DNA of 64,000 nucleotides from Eledone cirrhosa (taxonomy: Eukaryota): the NCBI GenBank assembly GCA_964016885.1, contig OZ024741.1:190340001-190404000 (forward strand). The letters run 5' to 3'. The notes under the pieces are model-generated. The model saw nothing but the letters and a program-made list of their open reading frames with translations. It was not told the DNA's origin and searched no databases. Positions 25,301-36,700 of this stretch are shown here, in pieces; the stretch's first letter is position 1; each line of letters starts with the position of its first letter. A program made the position numbers and the translations under genes.

Positions 25301-28300
25301 AACATATGATGTATGCTGTGTGCAAGAGACTAGATGGGGAGGAGAGTCTGCTAGAGTCCTTGTAGGAAAAAGTCGGTGCTACAAATTTTTCTGGGTGGGA
25401 AATGATGATGGGATGGGTGGTGTAGGTATCCTACTAGCTGACAAGTGGGTAGATAAGGTGAACAGGGTGAATGCAAGAATCATTAAACTCAGACTAGTCC
25501 TGAATAAAACAATTACCACAATAATATCAGCTTACGCACCCCAATCGGGGCTGCCAGACGAACTTAAGGATAGGTTTTACGAGTCCCTAATGCACACTAC
25601 TGCTCTAACAGACGACAAGGACTTCCTAATCATCGCAGGAGATTTTAACGGGCACGTAGGTAAACACTACGACAGCTTCAATAGAGTACATGGAGGCCAT
25701 GGGGTTGGCACAAGGAATGAGGAAGGATTCAGACTTCTAGAATTCTGCGACGCCAATGACATGTCGATATGTAACACAAACTTTAAAAAACCCGACAACC
25801 ACCTGATCACCTATAGATCAGGGGAGCACTCTAGTCAGATAGATTTTATCCTCATCAGAGGACGTGACAGATGGACGGTCGTAAACACAAAAGCCTTCCC
25901 TAGTGAGGAATGTACATCCCAACATAGCTTAGTTGTCAGCGACCTCACAGTCAGAACTAGACGAACCTGGGGAAGAAAGATCTGGAAGCTGAAAGACCCC
26001 TCAACGAGTAACAGATTTAGAAGATATTTTACTCAATGCCTACGACAGTAAAGAAGAACAGATAGAGACATTCAATGTAGAAGAGAACTGGGAATTCCTA
26101 AAAAATAACTTACTAGAGGCGACGGATGAGGTCTGTGGCTGGAGTAAGACCTCAAGCAGGAGGAGAGTGACTTGGTGGTGGAACAATAAGGTAGATGAGG
26201 CAGTTAAGGCCAAGAGACAGGCATGGAAAGAATGGAAGAACGGGGGAGCAGGGTACATTACATAGAGACCAAGAGGGAAGCTAGGAGACAAGTATACTTA
26301 GCTAAGAGGGAAGCAGGGGATAGAAAATTCAAGCATGTTTTGCAACGTGAGGACCAGAAACAGGAGGTGTTCAAGATTGCGAGACAGTGTGTCAGAGAGA
26401 GTTGTGATGTCATTGGAGAGAAGTGTATCCGGAATGATAAAGGTGAGCTTGCCCTCACAAGTGCTGAGAAGAAAGATGCATGGAAGAGTCATTATGATAG
26501 ATTACTAAATGAGGAGAATGCATGGGAAGAAGAGACCCTACCCCAAGTAGACCCTATAGAAGGGCCAGCAGTACAAGTCAGCAGCAACGTAGTAAGTAAG
26601 GCAATCAAAGATATGAAGATGGGGAAGGCAATCGGTCCATCGAGTATAGCTGCCGAGATGCTGAAGGCATCTTGGTCTGTAGGTCACACTATAACCACAC
26701 GTATTGTTAACCAGGTAATACTAGAAGGTGTCATACCAAAAGATTGGTGCAGTAGCATCATTGTCAACTGCTACAAAGGTAAAGGTGATGCACTAGATAG
26801 AGGAAACTATAGAGGTATAAAGCTGATGGACCAGGTCATGAAAGTAACAGAAAGAGTTATAGCACAGTTGATTAGGGACCGGGTGAAACTAGACGAGATG
26901 CAATTTGGGTTTGTACCAGGAAGAGGCACCACTGATGCCCTCTTCCTTGTGAGGCAGTTACAGGAAAAGTACCTAGCTAAAAGTAAGCCACTCTACCTGG
27001 CATTTGTCGACCTTGAGAAAGCCTTTGACAGAGTTCCACGTGCTGTAATCTGGTGGGCTCTTAGAAAACTAGGAGTAGATGAATGGCTTGTGAAAGCGGT
27101 ACAAGCCATGTATAGGGGAGCAGTCAGCAAAGTTAGGATTAGCAATGAGTATAGCGAGGAATTTAGCGTACAGGTTGGGGTCCACCAGGGCTCTGTTCTT
27201 AGCCCCCTGCTGTTCATCATAGTCCTGCAGGCAATAACGGAGGAGTTTAAGACCGGATGCCCATGGGAACTCCTGTATGCTGATGACCTCGCACTTATAG
27301 CTGAATCTATGGTAGAACTAGGGAAGAAATTCCAAACTTGGAAGCAGGGACTAGAAAGAAAGGGTCTCAAAGTCAACATGACAAAGACTAAGGTAAGTAG
27401 ACGAGAAAACAGAACCCAGATCCCCTCAGGGAAATGGCCTTGCTCAGTATGTAGGAAAGGTGTAAGTAGGAACTCCATTCTCTGCCCCAAATGCAAACAA
27501 TGGGTACAAAAGAGATGTAGTGGGATCTCAGGAAGCTTAATTAAGAATGTAGGCTTCACATGCTGCAGCTGTGCTGGGACAGCAAGCAGCAAACAGCCAC
27601 AGGAAACAAGTACCACCAATCTCTGGGAGGGCTCTGTAGAAACAGTAGACAGCTTCTGCTACCTAGGTGACCGAATTAGCAGTGGAGGTGGGTGTTCAGA
27701 AAGTACAATAACTAGGGTAAGAACGGGATGGAAGAAGTTTAGGGAACTACTACCACTGCTAGCTGCAAAAGGCTTCTCCCTCAAAATGAAAGGCAGACTG
27801 TATGATGCGTGTATCCGAACAGCGATGTTGCATGGTAGTGAGACCTGGGCGCTGAAGGAGGAAGACTTACGTAGATTAGAGAGAAACGAAGCCTGCATGC
27901 TCCGATGGATGTGTAACATCCGATGGATGTGTAACATGAACGACAAAGCATAAATGAATTGAGAGAGAGACTGAGTATAAGAGGAATCAAATGTTGTGTG
28001 CAGGAGAGGCGGTTGCGCTGGTATGGACATGTGATGCATATGAAGGATGACAGCTGCATAAAAAGGTGCAGAGCACTAGAAGTCAATGGAAACCGCGGAG
28101 TGGGGAGATCCAAGATGACCTGGGATGAGGTGATAAGAGCCGACCTTACCCAATTACACCTCTCAAAGGCGATGACACACGACCGTGACCTCTGGCGTCA
28201 TGCAGTAATACAGAGTACCCGACCTCCCATGGGTACAAGCCGAAGCATATAGACAATATGCCCCCCCCCCCCCCCACCGCAAGGTGGTTGTGGAGGTGCC

Positions 28301-30261
28301 ACGGCAAAAAAGCACCCAGCTTACACTGTAAAGTGGACGTGTAGGCGCCACGAAAAAGCACCCAGCACTCACTGTAAATGAGGTTGGTGTTAGGAAGGGC
28401 ATCCAGCTGTAGAAATCAAGCCAAATCAGTTCCTGTATGAGCAAGGCATGGTCAGCCGACCAGACACTGCCCACAACAGGACAACCCGTCTAACCCATGC
28501 TAGCGTGGAAGAACGGACGTAAAACGGTGATGATGATGATGATGATGATAATAATCTTATATGAGAACCATATGTTATGTTACTCTCTTAGTAATGTAAT
28601 ATATAATAACTTTAGTAAATCTCTCAAAATTCTTCATTCATTAATTGAAAAAGAATGTATTTTATTAGAAATACAAACATGAAAGGGTTAAAACAAAAAC
28701 AAACAATAAACAAATACACTTTCAAATGCAATACTAGTGATATATATGGTCTTCAATCTATTTAGGATGGCAGTACCTCAAAATAGCTACTGACTTGGAC
28801 AGTGAAACCTATTCAATCTATGCCAGCATAGAAAAGTAGATGTAAAATGATTATGATGATGATTTTAGCAATAAATAAGCATCATGGTGTGGTACAGTTC
28901 ATTGCATGCATGTATGAACCTATAACTCATGACAGGGTTGTAGGGGAGTTGTCATAACATATGGCATTTTGGGCACTTTAAACCCGAGGGAGCCCAACCC
29001 CTCTCCATGTCTGAATAAAGCCAATTTCTGAGACGAGAGAGACGTAAACAAATTGTTTAGTCACAAGTCAGTCTTGATTAAATATATCTTTGATATACAG
29101 TATTCCAGCCAAAAACACCTCATCAATATTTAGAAGTAACCAAGACTACATTATCCAATATGTCTTTTTGAAAGTTGGCTGTTATCATAGAGCAGTCATG
29201 GGCAAACTGCAACCTGTATGGCATGCCTAATTTCAAAATTGCCTTTAACCTTTTAGTAGTCTGGCCTGCCTTATGATGGGCAACATCCTATGTGGCCCAC
29301 TGCTTGAAAAAGGTTGCCTATGCCTGTTATAGACGTTTCACATAGCTTTAGGTTGACAAATAATTTTCTACTTTAGGCACAAGGCCAGCAATTACCCAGT
29401 ACATTACTGGTACTTTATTTTATCAACCCCGTAAGGATGAAAGGCAAAGTTAACCTCGGCGGGATTTGAACTCAGACTGTAAAGGGACGTAACTGTGCTA
29501 GAAAGCATGGCGTCCAACCCTCTACCGATACTGCCAATCCACCTTTAGGTTGACAAATAATGATGATGGTAATGACAGTGATGAGGAACATATGGGTGAT
29601 GATAATGATGATGGGTAACATTTACCTTGTGATCCAGTTACATCCATTAGGTTCCCCTTCCTGTGGTGGCTGTGTGAGAATCTGTGTTATCAGTTCGCTG
29701 TCTGTGCTTGTAGAAAGACCTACTCCATGTCTCAGCAACTGTCAAGTATTAACAGATTTTTTTTTTTTTTACACATGTAGAGATACTTTGTAGAAAGACC
29801 TACCCCATGTCTTAGCAAGTGTCAAGCATTAAGAGTTTTTATGCATGGTTGTGTAGTTAAGAAGTTTTCACTTTGCAACCACATGATCTTGGGTTCTATC
29901 CCACACCACACGGGACTATCATCATCATCATCATTTCATTTTACGTCCACTTTTCCCCGCTTGCAAGGGTGGGACGGGAACTGATTCTGGCTTGATTTCT
30001 ACAGCTGGATGCCCTTCCTAACACCAACCTCATTTACAGTGAGTGCTGGGTGCTTTTTTTTCCGTGGCACCTCCACGACCACTTTTCAGTGGAATGATAG
30101 GGAACCCAGTCCCTATCATCTCATTTCTACAGCTGAGTAAACTGGAGCAATGTGAAATAAAGTGTCTTGCTCAAGGAAACAACACATCACCCGGTCTGAG
30201 AATTGAACTCGCAACCTTTCGATTGCAAGGCCAATGCTCTAACCACTAAGCCGTGTGCCTC

Positions 30262-30309
<48 letters not shown>

Positions 30310-30696
30310 GGTGCGGTGGGGTGGGGTATGTGTGTGCACCTGTTGGTCACTTCTCTTTGCATTCAACAGCACAAACAACGACATTTGTTTATGTTATGGT
30401 GCTCAGATGTTAGACATTTCTTCAGGGTTAGCATCAGAAAAGACATACGACTAGAATTTTGCTTTATAAAGTCTCATCCAACCCATGAAAGTATAGAAAA
30501 AAGACATAAAACAGATATTTACTTGTACTTGTGCCAGAAAGATCAAGAGGTTTTTTAACATTGCCTCGAAATGTCTTGCCCAATTCATCTCAGTATCATC
30601 ATTTCATTTCATTTTACGTATGGAAAAGCAAATGTAAAAATGATAATGATAATGATGATGGTGTGTGTATATATATATATATATACATACACACAC

Positions 30697-30727
<31 letters not shown>

Positions 30728-33700
30728 TATATATATATACATATATACATACACACACATGGATTTTTTCACAGTTTCTGTCTCAAATTTCATTCATAAG
30801 TTATTGGTCAGCTTGAAGTCATAGTAGAAGGTACTTGTCCAAGGTAGGATAGAACTTGGAATCACAAGTTTGAAAAGCAAACTTTTTATTCAGACAACCT
30901 TGCTTATGGTTATATATATATATATACACACACACACATACTCATATTTGTTTTTGTGTGTGTAAGAATTTAATTTTTTCATCAAACATACTTGTTACCC
31001 TTAATTTGAATAAGATCAGTGTATATACATATATATAATTGAGATTATTGGGGGGAGAAGAGAAAACACATATGTTACACATTAGTAAACTTAGGAAAAT
31101 TAAGGAAGAGAAGACAAGGCAATGAACGAAAACAAGGCAAAACGAAAAATAATATTTTGAAAGGGAAACCTTATAAAATTATAAAAAAAAAAAAAAAAAT
31201 AATACAAAACGAAAGACACAGAACTCCAGAATCATTGGCCATTGAGATGGACTTTAGCAGTTATATATATATATATGGAGGCACATGGCTTAGTGGTTAG
31301 AGCATTGGCCTTGCAATCGAAAGGTTGTGAGTTTAATTCTCAGACCGGGTGATGTGTTGTTTCCTTGAGCAAGACACTTTATTTCACATTGCTCCAGTTT
31401 ACTCAGCTGTAGAAATGAGATGATAGGGACTGGGGTCCCTATCATTCCACTGCAAAGTGGTCGTGGAGGTGCCACAGCAGAAAAGCACCCAGCACTCACT
31501 GTAAATGAGGTTGGTGTTAGGAAGGGCATCCAGCTGTAGAAATCAAGCCAGAATCAGTTCCCGTCCCACCCTTGCAAGCAGGGTAAAAGCGGACATGAAA
31601 TGATGATGATGATGATATATATATATGCATATTGATAATGTAGGTGCTATAGAGTTAAGGAGTAGAGAGTAGTAACATCTGTATGAAAAAAAAAAAAAAA
31701 TGAAATGAAATTTACAACTCACACTTATGGTGGTTGGCCTCCTTCAAAGTTGCATCTCATAGGTTTCTTGGGTGTTTTAATGATAGGGGCCCCAGTCTTA
31801 TAAAAAGCAATGTGAAATAAAGTGTCATGCTCAAGAAGACAATGCATTACCTGGTTCAGGAATTGAACCATTACTTTATGATTGTGACTCCAACACCCTA
31901 ACCACTATGCCACATGCCATCTGTTCCAGGAATTGACCCCTTGATCTTACGATCATGAGTCCAACATCCTAACCATTACGCCACATGCCAGCCAGTCCAG
32001 GAATTGAACAATTAACCTTATGATTGAGAGTCCAACACCTTAACTTCCCATCATGCCATGAGCCTTACACACATACACACTATAAACTTACCTTCTTTCT
32101 GAGTGATTTGGCATTAACCAATTCTCCATTGTGTGCTACTGCAATCTTTCCATGAAATGTGTCGACTACAAATGGCTGACAATTGATGATGTTAGAGGAT
32201 CCAGCAGTAGAGTAACGTGTATGGCCTGTTGAAAGATATTTTCAAGGTAGAAAGATTGAGGTGGGTTGACTGAGTTTTTATACAAACTGAAATATTTCAT
32301 AATGTGATGATGCTACATGGAAGTGAGACATGAGGTGGGATAGATCTGGACATTAAAGACTGATGGGTGCTAGAAATAATTTTTATTATTGCTTAGTCAG
32401 GAAGAAGGGCAGTCTCCATGGCCCTTTTCAGGGACCCAAGACTGATGGAAGAGAGAGAGGAAGCTATTGTCAAATTGGAAATCTGGTCCAAATGCTTGCA
32501 ATAAGTGGGCCAGGCGGTGGTATTAAACTAAGCAACTGATTAACTCTTTTGTTACCATATTTTCAATGAAAGATACAGCCTATGTGTTTAAATTCATTTT
32601 GAAAAGAATCAAATATTTGGAGGAATTAATCAAATAACTCACTCTTTGATATTCACATTACTGAACAAAAGTTTCTTCAATAAAGATAAGATGGAAGGAT
32701 TTAGTTCAAATGCAAACATTTTAAAATGCAGGGAGGTTTCAGACAGTTTAGTATCAAAAGGGTTAAGTTTATCATCCAAAGTTACAATGGAAATTGAACT
32801 CAAAGAGCCAGCATAAAAAACCACAAGGCATCATATCCGGCACTTTAATAACTTTACCTGTCTTCCACTGTAGACTGGTACTTAGAAGAGTGAAAGGTTG
32901 ATTTGACCGTGGCAAGATTTGAACTCAGAATGTAATCAGCCAGAATAAATACAAGGCTACATGATAGTAATATATAGAGTAAGCAATAGCTGTGGAGGTT
33001 GGGCAGTAACTCTTTTGATACCAACCTGCCTGAAACTGGTCCTTGGTTTTATGATACAAGTCTGCTCCTTTTAAACCAGGCAGCGCATTGTGTCCTTGAA
33101 CAAGACACTTTATTTCACATTGCTCCTGTCCTTTCATTATAATTTTATTGGAGAACCATTTGTTAAATGATACTCTGAACATTAACTTAACCCTTTAGCA
33201 TTTACATTACTATTGTATTTTTGCAGTAAAGGCTTTATCTCACATAATATCGAAGCTACAAGATTTTGATGATATTATTTATTTTGAGAACAATACTTTA
33301 AAGTTGGTATAAGCCACCAGTTAAGGCCGGTTTTAACAGAAAGAGGTGAGAGAATTCTGACCAGACACGGCTGGTTTAAATGCTGGATCCCTTTGATGGC
33401 GTCAGGAAGACGCCTCATAACTCCCCAAGGACAAAGATCCATCTTTTCCGCATGCTGTCCTACCTGTTCTCCTCTACAGCACTGAGACCTGGACCATCCT
33501 CAAACAAGCTCGAGGTGTTCCAAATGCAATCTCCTCAGCAGATCCTTGGTGTCTCTACGCGACTGAATCTCAAACAACAACATCCATGAACAATGCCAGC
33601 AGCAGCCGACCATTGAAGACCAAATCTGGCAACGTAGGCTACAATGGTTTGGCCACATATTCAGGATGAGCACTGGAAGACTACCACAACAACTTTTGCT

Positions 33701-36700
33701 ACAACTGCGAACCATGCACCGGAGAATCCAGCGCAGCGCATCAAAGAAGACATAAGCAAAATAAATCGAGGAGGACCTGAAATCACAGTGCCTCGACCAT
33801 AACCATGCTACGGTCAGTGCCATGGATAGAAAAGTGTGGCAGAACATCATCTTTGGAGTCCAACATTCAGCGGCATCCACAACAGCGTATTGATTGAGAG
33901 GACAGCCTCCCTCAATTGCCAGCTAGGGGTTGAAGAAGCGAGGCATGGATACGGAATGTGTGAAATATCTGAGGAAGTAGGAGAGAAATTGAACGAGTAT
34001 GATTTGTTCAACATGTAATGCTTGTAATGCTGGCTAGTATGAAAGATGAAGCAGAAATGAGCTGAGAAAGTGGTTGGTTATTAAATTTATAAACTGATGT
34101 ATGCTGGGAGAGATCGCTGTGCCAATACAAACATTTATTGTGAATGGATGTGAACTGCTATATAACAAAGTGTTGTTTATTGACAGTGGAAGATAACCAC
34201 AAGCAAGAAGTGAACTGGCCTTGTCATTGGAGCATCATATTAAATGCTTTGTAATATTTATTCCAGCTCTCTGCAGTTTGAGTTCAAATCCTGCTAGCAT
34301 CTACTTTACCATTTATCTTTTTAGCATCAATAAATAAAATACCAATTCAGGGTGGTAGACTGGCAGGATTGTAGCAGTGTCAGATAGGATGCTTTCCTGT
34401 ATTGTTCTGGCTCTGTAAGTTCTGAGTTCAATTCCAGCCTCCTGTCATTAGCAAAATGGTGATATAATAGGACTGGGACCCCTGCCCTGTAATTAAAACA
34501 TCCTAGAAACCTCATATGAAGTTCCATTTCATAGGAAGCGGGTGAAACCTGTGCAAGTGTGTACTATAACAATAATCTTTAGCAAGAGGAAACTAAAGAC
34601 ATGGATAGAAGGATTTTGGACTTTACAAATGAGAACACAGGTCCAAGATGATAACATGCAAGTAAGTAAATAAAGAGCTATTTAAAAAAAAATGTTTTTA
34701 TGACTTAGTAAGAGGAAGGGGGACAGCAAGACTGTTGAGAGGAAAGGAGAATGTTATCCTCAAATCTGAGATGTTACATCACCAGTTATGATGGGCTAGC
34801 CTCATTTAAAGAATGCTGGATTATCAACTGCCAAAATTATTTATATACAAAGAATTGCAAGAAGGAACGCATCCAGTAGGAACTCTGAGTTGATAGTACA
34901 AGGATGGTTCCTTGTGGATGAATAGTGTGATGTATCTGACTGACTATTCCCGAGGAGAAAATGTCACATGGGACATTACTTCTTTAAAAGTAACTGTAAA
35001 GAGAATACTGACAAAAAGGAGACATCATTGGAAAGAAACAAGTCGATTATAAAGGTTCTTTGATCTAGTTGTCTCATCTCCTTGTCAGAGTTCTAGTAGT
35101 TCTAAAATTGCGTTATAGTTATCTTAGAATATAAAAATAAATTCAATGAAATCAAATTCTTAACAGCAAGAAATGTTAGTGATGCTGATATGCGTGTTGT
35201 TCAATGTTTATTAGAGTAGTAGGTGAAACATTACCTATTCCAAGATTTCCACGTAGTTGTGCAAGCTCTTCCTCATGGAAAATATGGCTGACAAGACCCA
35301 TACCTTTCTTCTGAGTAAAATGTGTTTCATTACCAGTGCTTGTTACAATCCCTGCACTCTCTTGACCCCTACAAGAAAAATATTCTTATTAGACATATCA
35401 TGAAATGGTTTCAGTCTTTTATTAAAACCTTTTGATATCAAATTGCCTGAAACTGCTTTTAGTTTTGATCCAAGACTGTTCTTTTTTATAGAGTTCACCA
35501 CCTTTCATTAAAAACCTTTGTTATGTTCCGAATATCAACTTAACCAAATTCTTAAATATTTTCAAAATATAATGAAACATGGGCCATATATTTAATTAGA
35601 AATATGGTAACAAAAGGGTTAAAACACAATGAAAATTCTTGCAAAAATGAAAGTATATTAGGCTGTCATTTTTACATCTGCCTTTCCATGCTGCATGGGT
35701 TGAATAAGACTTTGTTAATGTAATATTCTATGGTAAGATGCTCTTCCTGATGCCAATCTATACTTATTTTCATATCAAACAATTGAGCTGCAGTACATAA
35801 ATGTAACCAGCTGTCTAAGTTGTGTGAGTGTGAAGCAAAGACACGTACAAAGATAAACACACACACAGGATCGAGATCTTTGGTGTTATGCAGTAATACA
35901 GAACACCCCCCTTCCCATGCGCACAGGTTGAAGCATACATCTAGTATGAATCACTTAACTCCTATTCTCCCTCCCCCTTCTATACACTCTGTGCACATCT
36001 TAATCACCTCACGTTGGTCATGTTGGTATCATAACAAAAAGCACCCAGCCACCACTGTAAAGTGGTTGTTATGGTGCCATGATAAAAGGCACCCAGTCTA
36101 CACTGTAATGTGATCGAATAGATGTCACAACAAAAAAGCACCCAGCACACACTGATGATAATGATGACACACAATAAGCGTTTTAAGACCATTTTCCCCA
36201 TTAAAGCTTTTGTTTATCCTCACTACATTAGCCCTTTAGCATTTAAACTGGCTGTATTTGGCCAGAATTCTCTCACCACTTTCTGTTCAAACTGGCTGCT
36301 CATAATGATGTTAAGGTATTGTTCTCAAAATAAATATCAAATTCTCATAGATTCGACATTATGTGATTTAATGCCTTTATCACAAAAATATAATAGTATA
36401 TATTGAATAATGTAAATGCTAAAGGGTTAAATATGATAGCTCTGATATGACTGTTATGCAGGCTAATGGCAACCATTATTAATTTTCTTCAGTCATATTA
36501 GAATAACTTTTGTTTTCACTTTATCAATATCATTTTATGTTTGCCTTCCATGCCAGCATAGGTTTGCAGGTTTCGCTAGCCTCCTATGAAATGCAATTTC
36601 ATAGGAGGTTTTTGGGGCGTTCTAATAATAGGGGGCCTCAGTTCTATCACATCACCATTTTTCCAGTGATAAGAGGCAGAAATTGAACTGAGAATATACG

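Noticed and set aside
31277-31350. tRNA gene candidates in SINE heads
   Set aside because: They continue into SINE core and LINE tail, and no complete cloverleaf is evident.
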